Origin: Marsupella aquatica
Taxonomy: Eukaryota; Plantae; Marchantiophyta
Assembly: GCA_973895155.1 (NCBI GenBank)
Contig: OZ316893.1
Location: 18,073,836-18,137,835 of the forward strand
Reading direction: 5' to 3'
DNA: 64,000 bases
Part shown: positions 35,637 through 48,165 of the stretch, in pieces
Layout: each line of letters begins with the position of its first letter
Position numbering within the stretch: the first letter of the stretch is position 1
Notes under the pieces: generated by a model
What the model was told of the DNA's origin: nothing
The model's input: only the letters and a program-made list of their open reading frames with translations
Databases searched by the model: none
Program-made: the position numbers and the translations under genes

Positions 35637-36221
35637 CCTTGGAATTGATTTTTTATAAAAAGTTTTAGCCCGCAAAAAACCCCACATGCAGGGCAAACAA
35701 GCCACACGGCAAAACAAGACAACCCCCTCCCACCCCTTGGGGGGGGGGAATACAAGGGGTACAAAAGAAGCCGTCACCAGATAACCCAAAACCAGCAAGT
35801 CAAGAGAGAATAGCAGTAGCAAATGAGAAGAGGGGGTCCCATGACAGGACCACAGCTAAGACCTAATCCCGCATTCTAATCCCATTGTGGGCACAGGGTC
35901 ATCCACCAGTGGAAATACAGCCCCTGCCATCACTAAGCCAGAGCCTACGCAAACTGTCAATCCTATCTTTAGCCCGGCACAACCGGGTGTTCTTTCTACC
36001 AGGGGGTGAGCATCTGCTCACAGCATTCAAGCACTCAGCAGCTTCAGAAAGCACTAGGCCCATATCAAATGTACGTCTACCACCTGCATTGAACATATGG
36101 GAGTTCCTGCCTAGCCACAACCTCCATAAAATCTGTTGCAAGACAAATAGTTTGACAATCTGCTCAGGGTCCCTCCCGTAAGCAGAGTCCAACAAAGCCA
36201 GCAGCCCCTGGACGATTGGTA
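35637..36221 (-). mobile_element. 5'-truncated L1 fragment flanked by a 20-bp direct repeat (probable TSD)
   Basis: LQQILWRLWLGRNSHMF..LSEAAECL resembles the L1 ORF2 end; AGACTTT(C/A)GGCAACAACTTT at 35617-35636 and 36222-36241. Confidence 0.78.
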
Positions 36222-37249
36222 AGACTTTAGGCAACAACTTTGACGGAATAAAGACTACATAGTTTTGGCCCTTGACTCATAAATCGTTTTACCTCTTACT
36301 TGAGCTTTATTTTAGTTAATTAGGATCAGATTTAGAATGACATCACTTGTCACTTATGGAGTCTCAGATTTAGATTTGTAAGGGTCTTACCTTTACCTTG
36401 TCTCTTAGAGTCTAGAATTCCTTTTAGATAGGAATAGATTTCTCAACTTAGGAGAAAACCCTTTGGTTTCTCCCATGTTATGAGGGAGCCTCCTACATTT
36501 GGACTCCCAAGCAAATGCTTATGTCTTTTCTTCAACATTGATTTTTGACCAAGTATGGGTCTTTTTCTCGTGCCAAATTGGGCTTAGGAGAAAGAATCTA
36601 ATGGAGAAGACTTGTACCACTCACATCAATTGAATTTCAAACATTTCATGGATCAAACCTAAGTATTCAAGTTTTGATGTTTGAATTAGTTGTAGGAAAT
36701 AGAATTGAATTGATAACTAAGGTGTGCCTTTGAAATCTAGTTGAAATGGGAATTGTACCAACCTTCATGACGTAAAACCGATCACTACTAAGTGTATAAG
36801 GAAGTTACAGAGAAGAGAAAACCTTTCAGTCTATCGAGAAGAAGCCGAACCTAAGGAAGTTCATTTCAGCATTTGTGACATAATAATCATTTCAGGATTA
36901 TATAAGGAGAAACAACAAGGAAATTACTTGAAGATTTCAAACACCACAAAACCTTAGTAAATTGCTTTGTTTATTCTTTACGGGACCGAATCCTGATTGT
37001 TTTGAGCAAGATCTTAGACATTTGGTGTTGTTCTACTTACCACACCCCAAATCACATGTACCCCATCCCCCTCCTTGGGGCCCACCATCACCTGGGGCCA
37101 CATTGGCCAAGCCCCTCACCTTTGATTCAACCTGGCTGCCAAGGCTGCATTTCCCGGCCTGCCAACAAACTTTTGGGAGAACTTCCTCCCTCCCTCTTAT
37201 CTGAATCATCAGGTGTCTCTCAGCTTTGGGCACAACTTGGCAAAGATTT

Positions 37250-38250
37250 GTCATAACTGCAGCAGTACGGGCTAACTAAGATAGCCACAAATAACAACCT
37301 TGTGGCCGAGCACAAGTTCAAATTTGTACTAGCCTTGCAGACGGCAATTGGCAAGGATGTAGAGATAAACTGGCATGGGCCCAAGTAGAGTTATTCAGAT
37401 TGCAGGCCTAAACTTTGCAAAGCTATGTCAAGAAGGCCAACTAGAGGGCCAAGGAAGACTTCGCCAAGATCAGGGCCGCCCACCCGGCCGCCCAAGCCAA
37501 GATTGAGCGATTGAAGCAAGCCCGCACTTGGAAACCAGGTCACAAAATTGACAAGTGTGATGGAGCAAATGGAAGGTCTACCAGGATGCAAATGAGGAGA
37601 TAGGTGTGGCTACTCAGGATTTTGCATCTATATGGGAACACATCAAGTGGCTTAAAGTGCAAAGGGATGGACAGCCCAATCCCAAGCCCTGGGAAGCATG
37701 CCAAGCACAGTTGGCGCTGTCACATCAGTGGTGGTAGTTAGGTCAATAGTGTCCGGTTTGCGTTAGCTGACTGGCACTTAGCAATGTTATTGCGCCAGAC
37801 TGGTGCCATTTTTAGGAGTTAGCTAGGAATCTTAGAATAGGACAAGCCATTTAGGGCTCTGACACTTAGGTTAGTAATAGTAGAAGTCACTTAGCTTAGG
37901 TAGCAGTTTGGCTGCTGCTCTGGCCTTGAGCCCTTACTGCTAGCTTAGTACTTAGTGCACCCCTCAATACCTCACTCGATGCAAGGAGGGAGACTTTAGT
38001 TTCAGGTGTGGGGAGCTAGGCACATGATGTATTGGGAGTCCCGGCCTTATTGAGTATAGAGTACCAACGAGGGGATAAGCAACTAAGCTTGCAAGGCAAG
38101 TGCGCGGTTGGGCCTTGTTGTAGTGTGGAGCCCCTTGTAGTTTTTGTTGATTCACAGTGAAGTTGAGTCAGTCATGCATATGCATACTTATGTAATCTAT
38201 CATTGCAAAGTCTCTTCCTCACCTTGTTGTTGTGTAAATTGTGTAATGCA
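37250..38250 (+). mobile_element. Older, diverged relative of the family-B LTR 3' region; boundaries approximate
   Basis: Colinear blocks shared with 5820-6140 (aata(g/a)gacaagccattt, cttagta..cacccctc, gggagtccc, agagtaccaa, actaagct, tagtgt). Confidence 0.55.
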
Positions 38251-40058
38251 GATTAGTTAGGAATGATGGAAATTTTATAAATTTTGAACTTTTTCTAACT
38301 CAATGGTGCAGTATAGTTACCTTTTGTAGCAATTTAGATAAACTAAACACGTTACCTAGTTAGCAAATTAGTATAGAAGAATAGATATAGAATAAAGGAA
38401 TCCCTGCCAATTTTCCCAATGCTCATAGTTAAGTGGGCAAACACAAATACCAGTCAATCATTTCCCGAAAGAAAAGAACATGCAACATCTTGAACTATCA
38501 AGCTCCAGTTCTTCCATGTTTGGCAAAAACTACACCAAAATATAACAAATAGTCACAATCCTAGAAATGTAATAACTCTAGCTCACGTCACTAGGCTTGA
38601 GATTGACGCCTTCAAAGACAACTAAGACAAGAGCAATGGCCAGTGCTGACACATGAAGGGCCGGGGACACTTCAAAGAGGAGACCCTGTAGTAGCGGACA
38701 AGAAGATGCTTCAAGCACACAAACCAACAGTGAAAGACTCCATGGCCCAAATAAATATATGTTGCTGCACCTTGAAGACTGAAATAGTATGTCAAGCAAA
38801 AAGATAGAGTCGATCTCATTTGCAACAACAGTAGCAGCAAAAGTATGTATGCATTTCCAGTGTCTAGACTTTCATGCCTTTGAAACTTTGCTTGCCCAAT
38901 GATGCACAAGGTGAAACACAATTAGATGCACTAAATGACACTGGGGTCAAATTCCCATATTTACCTTGAAAGTCGCAGGTTGAAAACAAGTAAAATGCCA
39001 GTCCAAGTTCAGATCAATTTCCTGACAGACATCAATTGCTAATGCTTCAATCATGATTTCCATTTAGTTATACCAGGCCATTCATGACAGATCAAAACAC
39101 TGATTGCAGATAACTGTGCTCACAAAACTTGTTGGCCATGCTCAAGCCCTTCTCCTGGCTGGTACGACTGTCACGTCGTCAGCCTTGGCCTTACTCGGGC
39201 TTCGGCTTAAATAGGCACATCCTTTGTCAAAATGAGGGTTCGGGCAGGGAGGCACGGAATGCACCCAACTTACATAAAATAGCGCTAAGTGCGCCTATCG
39301 TCATATACGGACACCTCCTAGGTATGATTTGTGTTCCGCCATTGGAACGTACCTCAATCGATAGTAGGATCGACCCTGGCTTAAGGGCTTCTAAGCCTTT
39401 GTATTGTCCGTCTTCGATCCGGATTTTGGTGGTATGGGTGCTCAACCCGAGCTCGGAACCACGTACACGCAAGCTGCACCCCATACACTACTTGGGTAGT
39501 GCGTTCGGCCAAGCGTTGGCACCTATACACGAGATTCACACACATACATACGCACAAGCATAAAATCTCGATTTATATGAAGGAAATAACGGGAAGGGAT
39601 TTTACTCCATAAGAGACATATGCGTACACTTAGTTGACCCAAATGCTTTGGAGTGACCAGGTCCGAGGCCGAGGGTGTACACTACAACGGAGCCCGGCTC
39701 CGCACTCGCCCAGCGAGCTTAGTCTTACACCCTCCCCTTGGTACTCTTCCACTCCCAGAGGTCGGGACTCCCCACACATACCGTGGATGTCCAATACTGA
39801 GACTAAAAAACCCCCTGCCTCTACCGAGGGGTGCACTAAATACTAAGGGCTGAGGAACGGAGTGTCCTCCCGCCCAAAGATTCATTGACTTAGGTCCTAA
39901 CTAATCTGACTGTCAGGCCAAAAAATGGCTGTGTCTTATTAGAAGATCCTAACCTACGCAGGCTGGACAACATGGCCGTGCTGTTTTAACTAGGGCAGGT
40001 TCTTGTCCCCATAGCCTGATTTAGCTATTCCTAACCCTATTCTATTCCTACTCCGCCG

Positions 40059-43000
40059 CTAATGTCTGGCACGCTTGCCAGAGCCGCCCGAGTGGGAGCG
40101 GCCATCCCGCTGCTTACGCAGTCTGTCATTGTCCGCCTTGAGGAGCTGGACCTGGTCCAGCAGAGATTTGTTCTCTCGCTTTGCCGCATCCGTCTCCTCC
40201 GCTGCCTCTTGGCATGCCTCCTCCAGTTGCTGGGCGTCGCTCGTCAGCTTGCCCGCCAGCTAGTCCTGCTTCTCGGCTTCGGTTTGGAGCCGCACCACTT
40301 CGGCCTGTAGCGTGGCTATCTCCGCAGTGTCCCATTGGGCCCGTTCTTCGGCCTCCTCCAGGTCTTTCTGCCAGATGACAATTTGATTCTTCAAACTGTC
40401 AATCTGGTTCCGGAGTCGTGCAATCTCGGCCTTGTTCCCAGCTTTGGCCTGTTCGGCTAGAGCGGTAAGGGCATGCGCCTTTGCTAACAACTCATCGGCG
40501 GCTGCAACCTTGGGTCGTAGTTGCAGAAGCTCAGCCTCTTGAGCTGCAACTTTATTCTTTAAGTATACGGACTCCACCCGGTACCGCTCTATCCTCTGAA
40601 GGACCTCTGACTGGGCCCGACCTGCCTTTACTGCGGCAACCAACTCCTGATTGAAGAAACAGGCTACCTTCCGGCCCATGAACTCCCCGGTATCCTGGGC
40701 AATTTGATGAGAGAAATCTCCCAGAAGCCCGTTCAGAAATGTACCCGGTACGAAGAGTTCCGGGTGGTCCAGGTTGTGCCTGTCCGGAGTTGGGCACGGG
40801 CAGACGTTGTCCGGGGACCAGTTTAAAGCGGTATAAAAGTAGACCTTTTAATATTTTTAGGGACTTGGATTTATCATAATATTTTCTTAAGTTAGTTTAA
40901 TCTTTCTTAATTCTAATCAGTTTCCATTTTTAATATGAAATTACACTAAGCTATTTTAACTTAAGACACTAAGTTTCTACTTTCATCTAAATTCCATGCA
41001 TCACTCACATTTCCATAACAATTAAACATTTTTACCACAAGAGCATTTCATCATTTCGATCACATAAAATAATTCAAACTCAACTTTTTATTTCAATCGT
41101 TTTCAAAAATATGAAGTTTGGTTCGGGTTTACAAAGTGTTTTTCGGTGGCTCATCTCCTAACTCAGGTCTCTCCACTAAACTTAGCTCAATCATCAGGTC
41201 AGGTCTCGGCCTCAAGCTCATCGATGATTTCCCCCAAACATGTTGGACACAATTTTAGTCTCCGCCGAGCTTCCTTAGAGCTTTCGTTCCTTTGTTTTCG
41301 ATCCTTTAGCCTTTGAACCATAGCCTTATTCGGTCCTCTTATCCACGTGCAATTTCATGTCCACTCATTTCCTTTGTTTCTTTCGGAAGCTTTCAGGTAA
41401 ATTCAGGGACCCTCTTAACACCATTGTTCTTCATTCTTTGCAGCAACGAATGAACTCTTTTCTTAGTCCCAAGTTCTTCAACTTATTTCCTCCTTCCGCT
41501 CTATTGCTCACAGAGTTTGGCAGTCAATTCTTTCCTTACTTATTTTTACGTCTAATAATGCCATCGCCTCTTTTCCTCAGCACCCAAAATTTCAATTCTT
41601 GTTCTTCTCCATGAGCTCCGATTGCTTGTCCTCCACCCTGAATTCAGCCTCCACTACCTCCTGTTTTGTCCAAGAATCCTCTCTTCAACGCCGCCCTTCG
41701 CTTATCTGAACACAGTCGAGTTAAGAATGACCTCGATCACCCTTTTACCATTTCAGCTGTAAGTTTTTATCTTCTCTCGCCCTTCGAACGCTACTGACAA
41801 TTTCATTCCTTGGAAGCTCCTCGTTCAGTGTTGTTCATTCTCACTCAGAAGGCTTTAATTGCCTCCGTTCAGAATCAGTCTCAAGCACTTCCTATATAGT
41901 TCAATCTCTTGTAATCAAATCTATCTCATCTTTAAACGTTTTCTTCTACTCAAGATTGAATTGTTTTGCTCTCTAGATTCCACGGCTGATCTCATCAACG
42001 ATGCTCAATCCAAGTCCATTCTACCGTCGCGCACTTTATCTGCCTTTTCTCATAGTCTGTACTTTGATCTTTATGAGCTTATATGCTCCTATCACCAACG
42101 CCCGATCCCAGCCTCTAAGACCTTTCTCATTGTAGCGAAGCTTACTCCTTCAACGTTCGGCAACACTTCCTTCTCATTTGCTCACAAAAATCCTTCAATA
42201 ATCACCACAACACTCTGCCAACGTTCCGCTGTTTCACTCTCAACTCACCCAAAAAAACTATCGTGCCCCTCAGCCTTCACCCGAAGATCCAAAATCTCAA
42301 CACACCACACCCCCCCTCAGCCGATCCCTCTCTTTCCATCTATTAGCGCCCAGCCTGTTTCATTGACCTCCCTGAAGTCCTCTCTAACCTCCGTGCCTTG
42401 CTCCGCTATCTCTCTACTTATAATTCTGATTCTCCAAGTCGCTTTCCCCTTTCCGTGCTCCTCCGACTGGTCTGCACTGCACTTCAATTCACTCTAATCG
42501 AATGTCCTCTTGCCCGCCATCTTCGCTTCTTCTTCCCACTCTACTGATTCTCCCAAACTCAGCCTCTACTCAACTCTCCATCGGATCCTTTCAGTCTTCT
42601 ATTTCTTACAATTTTTGCTCCCTGAACTCAGCTTTAAAGATGTCGTATCCGGAATTCTCTTTCAATCTTTTAGCTTTTCCCTCCTTCACTCAAAAAAATT
42701 CTTCACATCGACAATGATCTCCCTGTTATCCTTTTCTCGGACCTCAGCATCACTTCTCCCTCACCTCAATTTTCCGAAAAGTCCTTATCCCACAGCAATC
42801 ACCATCCGCAGCTTCACTCTCTTCACTCTAATTTCAATCGCTCGCCTCAGCCTTCACATGAAAATCCAAAAAAAAAACTCTACACACAACATTCCCTAAT
42901 CGGCTGAATCTCATCCGCCTCGAAATCCCTGCTCACCTTCACCCTTCTTTCTTCCACTCCAACCATACACGATGCCTCTCCAGATTTTCTTCCCCAATCT

Positions 43001-45227
43001 CAAATCCTGCCTGCTTTGCTACACTCGCTCGACAGACCAACTCTTTCATCAATAACCAACCTACACCCCGCAGACACTTGGCCATTTTCCTTTTCCTCCC
43101 CTGAACCTTCATCGCGCGCGTCACCGTTTCATCCTCATGACCCTTATGAATTCGAATCCTCCCAGGCCGCCACATGTCACTTCCACAATAAAAGTCTCAA
43201 TTTTCTTTAACCTAAGCTCCAACTTTCACCCTTTTATTCCTCTTTTGTCTCACTAACCTTCATCTCAAGTTCAGTTAACTCTTTGTTTCTTTCTTTCACA
43301 AACAGAGAACTATAACATTCTGAGTCGGACAAAAGCAAGTCGACTAGATCCAGCACACTCCACTTCAATTGTCAAACATTTTTCCCGATGACAACGTCAA
43401 CATGCGCGGGGGCCGGGGCAGTTACATCCAGCCCTGGGGACGTAGTGTTGGAAGGGGTTGGAGTGTCCTCCTACAGCAATGTCCGGTTCTCCGGAATAGC
43501 CACCGGTGGGTCTTTGGGAGACCCGGGCTCGAGTAAGGCCTCCGCTGTACCGACTTCTGTACTTGGCCCGGCCTGTTGGATCACATCTACGGTTGCGATA
43601 ACCGACCCATCCGGTACCTCCTCGGTTACAACTACAGCTACTTGTGGAGGTGGGGTGGGTGAAGCCTGCGTGTCCGCTGGACTTCGGGCCTCGGGTTGGG
43701 GCCGTCTCTCCAAGGCCGAGAAAACCACCTAGCTGGGACCAGCTTTGTAACGTTGACACGGGGAAGGGTTCGTCGATCAAACCGAGCGTACCACTCGAGA
43801 ATGATCTCGATGTGGCTAGTGAAATACGCCTTCCCGCCAATGTATAGCGTCTTCCTTTGCCGCTCCATCTCTTCATGGAATTTCTTAGCGAAGTACGACG
43901 CCCACTTCCTAGGTCGATAGTTCTCGACTTGGATAACCTGGGCAGCGGAGATCTCCCCCCGGGGTTCCATCATGTGGAGGGCGTACCTTTGGAACTCCAG
44001 TCGCTCAGCTATCTCGGGGATGAGGCAGGTCCTCATCACGAACCCGTTGTCCACTGCTCCCTCTGAGGGAAAACTCAAGGATTGGTACTTGGCTCCCTTG
44101 CCCCCGGGAGCCCGTGATTTGACTCGATGGTCACCTTCGGGTAATCCGAAGATCATCTTGAGCCGTTCTTCCGTGAGGGACATATTCCTTCCCTGCAACC
44201 GAGTATGTTGACGTGCGTCATCATAATTCTTGATGAATTCCGTCATGTCCTCCCCGTAGTACCTGCAAGTGTTCCAGGGGAGAGAGGCGAGGTGCTCGAA
44301 TCCCTGAGTCTTCAGGTACACCGCATGCTTGGGATGGAGGATGTTTTTATGCACGTTTTCCCCCATGCGGTGCATTGTCACCTTGGCCACGGCTACCGTG
44401 GCCAATGGTAACCCGGATGCAGCGGCGGGTTCCTTCCTCTTCTTCCCCCGTGACTGGCTCGGGGAGGGTGACACCTCCCCATCCTCTCGATCGGGCATAG
44501 GTAGTGCTACCGCCGTTAGTATTGGGCCCGGGGCGGCCACGGTCACCATGTTGTCTGCTGGAGCCACTCCTTGGGTCCGAGCATGGGGAGGGGATGATGT
44601 AGTGTCGGCCCCCTGAGTGTTTGCTCCTCTGGGCCGCCTGAGCAAGGGTGGGGTAGCCTTGTCGTCGTTGCTAAGGTCCACAGCGTTGATGACGGAGCGT
44701 ACTTGTACTGGCAGGGCGATCGGCGGTGGGGGTTGGCTAGGCTGAGGCTGAGACTGAGACTGAAGCTGAGCCTGAGCCTGAGTCTGCGTTGGTGCGGGTA
44801 CAAGTATGGGGTCGACTGGGCCGGCGCCGGCGGTTGAGGGTCTAGTTCCCATGAAGCTCTGCAGGTGCTGGTAGAAGTTCTCCGAAGCAAGTGCAGACGG
44901 CCTTGTCGAACGGGTAGTGCTGGACTCGCTGTTGATGATAGCCCGAACCTGAGTAGGGATGTGGTCGAAGTGATGTCGTTGCAAGTCGATCGTACCCGGG
45001 ATATTGAAGACCTCGTCCGGAAGCCGAAGCAATGCTTCCCAAAAACCGATATATTTGTCTCCGTTGAAGAAGTACCCAGATACCTCTGCTGGTCGGTAAA
45101 GCTCGCTCTGAGACGGGTAGTCAAAGTTAAGGATATAGTGGTGTCGTCCGGCTAGGCGGATGGCTCTCTCGTACTTGCGTTCAATTTTGTATCGGTGCGG
45201 GTTGGCGTGTTTCAATGAGTCGGCCAA
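40059..45227 (-). pseudogene. Family-B LTR protein (PMD-like + linker + coiled coil), split by the insertion at 40808-43393
   Basis: ORF 43638-45227, frameshift into 43471-43728, resumption near 40800, TAG at 40260-40262 and in-frame extension to 40059; aligns with the family-C LTR protein. Confidence 0.82.
40808..43393. mobile_element. Nested 2586-bp insertion with TGTC..GACA ends and a 4-bp TSD; type unresolved
   Basis: ACGT at 40804-40807 and 43394-43397; removal restores colinearity with about 4920-5020; interior strongly pyrimidine-rich on the plus strand. Confidence 0.75.
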
Positions 45228-48016
45228 GTGTCTTCCGGTAGAGAGGAACTACGTCCAGAATTGAATGGCCAAACAAGAGAGGATCGTGTGTGACATTCAG
45301 AGGAGATAGCAGTGGCGACTAAGAGCGAACGAGAGAGCTGGGGTCGAAGTTGGCGCGTGGACTGATGGACTGGTGCACTACAAAGGGTCGGCTCCCTTTT
45401 TATACCTTGAGGGCTTGTCGATCCCTCGACATCTCCTCGTTGCCTATAGGCTGAACCGTTCACGCTTGTAGTGTACCGGCCACTCCGCCGGTCTAAGTCA
45501 GCATGTGTTAGTGGCCGCTTCCCTAAGTTCGTTATACGGACCCGAGGGAGGGGCCCCTCCACGCTCGCAACCCGGGCGTGCGAATGATGACACACCGCCA
45601 GTCCGAACATGAATTCCCCTTATTGACTAATGATTTCCTACTCATAATGGTTACCTAAATACTGTCGTTATGCTAATAATAGCGGCCTAAGATACCCCTA
45701 ACACTCTTGCTAAGCGCGGTCCAGACTGAATTACTCATTACTCGCTGTACCGGCGGCGTCACAACGACAATCACCATCATTGCAAAGGCAAGGGAGAAGG
45801 TAAGAAGAAGAAATTAAATTGCAAGTGAAATTCATCAATGTCTTAAGAAGAACGAATTGGCCCACAATTGAAGCATACAACTAGTAAGCAGCAGATAGGA
45901 AGAGACTTACCAAGAGAAGAGAATGTGCGACATGCCAAGTGCATATGGGCCAGGATTACGTCATCACAAAGTTTTGCTAGAGTTGCTTTCTCCAATTTCT
46001 TCTGGCAAAGAACTTAAGATAGATGAAGCAAATCATCTCATCAAGTCATACTGTCACTGTAGTTCAGCTTGCCAAATCTTGCAACTCCGGTATGCATCAC
46101 CCTTGCCATGGTGTAAGACTCTTGAGGGTACTTGCAAGACGGAGACCATCTTCAGAACCTGAGAGATCATGTAAAGGAAATTAGACATAGTAACCTTAAA
46201 GACAGGAACTCAAAATGAAGCATCCTCTTATAACTCAACCACTACACAATACTAGAAACAAGTTGGCTACTTAGAAAGAGACCGTGAAAACATTTTATTG
46301 ACAACTTCAGCTCCATGGCAGTGTTTATCTGCCTCAATTCCTTCCCAGCCCCAGCTAGGAACACATCAATAGACAAGAGACTTTGCTGCAATGGATGGGA
46401 GTAACAGACGGGGAGAACAAGACACCATTGCTAATCAAGCGAATGTAATAATCATAGGCTATGATTTTAAGGCATCCTTCACAATCAAGGAATGGACAAC
46501 AAAGGTAGGCTCAACATACAACATACTAATGCTTCCAATCTTATCTCAGAGAAAGTATGGCATTGAGCATAGCCCTAGTTCATTTGTGTAGGTATCCAAT
46601 CCTGGATGCCAGTAGCAGAGCGTCAACCTCACAGATAAAAATTCATATTGAATTACTAGCCTTCTGCATTTACATTTGCAAGCATTTTAATTGGGAGGGA
46701 CATTGTCACAACAATCCTTATCCGTGAGTGTTCTCAGAGAAAGCCTTGTGTAAAACAAGAGAAAACTTTCACCACTTTCAAGTTGAAATGAATTAAAATG
46801 TCCAAAAGACGATGTGCCAGGGTATGATTAGTCCATGTAAGTGTAGCTTACTTTGAGAGTGTACGTAGCGGCTCTAAATGTGTCCTGCCCTACCTTTCCC
46901 GGTGCCTCAATTCCTCTCTTGACATAGCTCAACGTCCTACAAGCTCTTGATCTGTACATTGTTCTTCACCCTTGACCAGCACATTCAAGTCTTGCCATTG
47001 ATTCTTCACTTTTATGCCTGAATTCCTCTCTTTGTCCTGGTCATCCCCCCACCAATACATTTTTGTTTTGCCATCGGCAACTCACTTGCAGCATTGAATG
47101 AGCACAATATTGAATCATCTCGATCCAATCTCTCAAGATCCTTCTCGACTGAATCTGGATTGATTGACTACTTTTGAAACCTGATAATGGTGGTAGAGGA
47201 AACCACAAAGCGTGAATCTGGATTGACTCCCTTTGAAACCTGCTAATGTTGGCAGAGCATATCACACAAAGCGAGAAGCACCAGCCCCGCTGTGCCAAAA
47301 GATGTGGAAAGTAGAGTACCTTTTGTCAATAAACCTTGTATCCACACCGTCCACATTATCCAAAATTTAGAATGAACGGATCAGATCTTTCGATAGTCCT
47401 GACCTTTAAAATGATAAAAGGAATAGGAAGGACTTTTAGGAAGAATTCCCGACTCCTTTCCATTTGCAATTTCTGATTACCAAAAAATTCAAAAAGTTCA
47501 TATGGAGCTACCAGGTTCTTCATCATGTTACTAGGTATTTGGAGATGCAAAGAAATCTTAAAATTACTTTTTTGAAGATGTCCTGGTATGAATGGCCCTT
47601 ATTGAGCCCTAAATTCTTGTTCTTTTCTTTCCTGCTCTTTCAAATTAATGACTTTTTATGCTCCACTTTCACATGACATCAAGTGCTATCTTTATGTGCA
47701 TGCCCTCAAAAATTCACTGGGAAAACATTAAGGGTTGGAGTCCTTTCTGGACATATGGTATTGTGACTTTTTGTGTGACAAGTCCTGAAATATATCCTTG
47801 CAAGGAGATACAGGAAACCTTAGAGCTTTCAAACATCATATGGCTTACTTAAGATTATAAGGCTATGATATGGTTTCTATGTCCAACACATCAAACAAAA
47901 AAATCACCAATCCAATCCTTCAAAATGTTTCCTTGAAAACATTCATATTACAACAATTTTGGGTGTGACACTCCCTTTCAGTCCTCCGATTGTGAATGAG
48001 GCCTCAGAGATTCCGA

Positions 48017-48165
48017 CAATTCTTGGAGAGGTTCTCCAAGATTCCAACCTAGTGTCAAACCAATCTTGGAGAGGCTCTCCAAGATTCCAACCCAGTGTTG
48101 ATCCCATCTCGGCTAGGCTCTCCGAGATTTTGACCCAATCTTGGAGAGACTCTCAAAGGTTAAAA
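48017..48165. repeat. Tandem ~44-bp units built on a 25-bp palindrome
   Basis: AATCTTGGAGAG-G-CTCTCCAAGATT at 48062-48086 is perfect; degenerate copies start near 48017, 48105 and 48137. Confidence 0.8.

Larger units (their letters stand above)
39169..45763 (-). mobile_element. Solo LTR of family B (about 4.0 kb once the nested insertion is removed)
   Basis: TGTCACGTCG...CGGCGTCACA termini; perfect 5-bp TSD ACGAC (39164-39168 and 45764-45768); no gag/pol inside; TATAAAAA at 45404-45397 on the minus strand. Confidence 0.85.

Noticed and set aside
41357-43210. Plus-strand Ser/Leu/Phe-rich ORFs
   Set aside because: By-product of pyrimidine-rich composition; no recognisable motifs.
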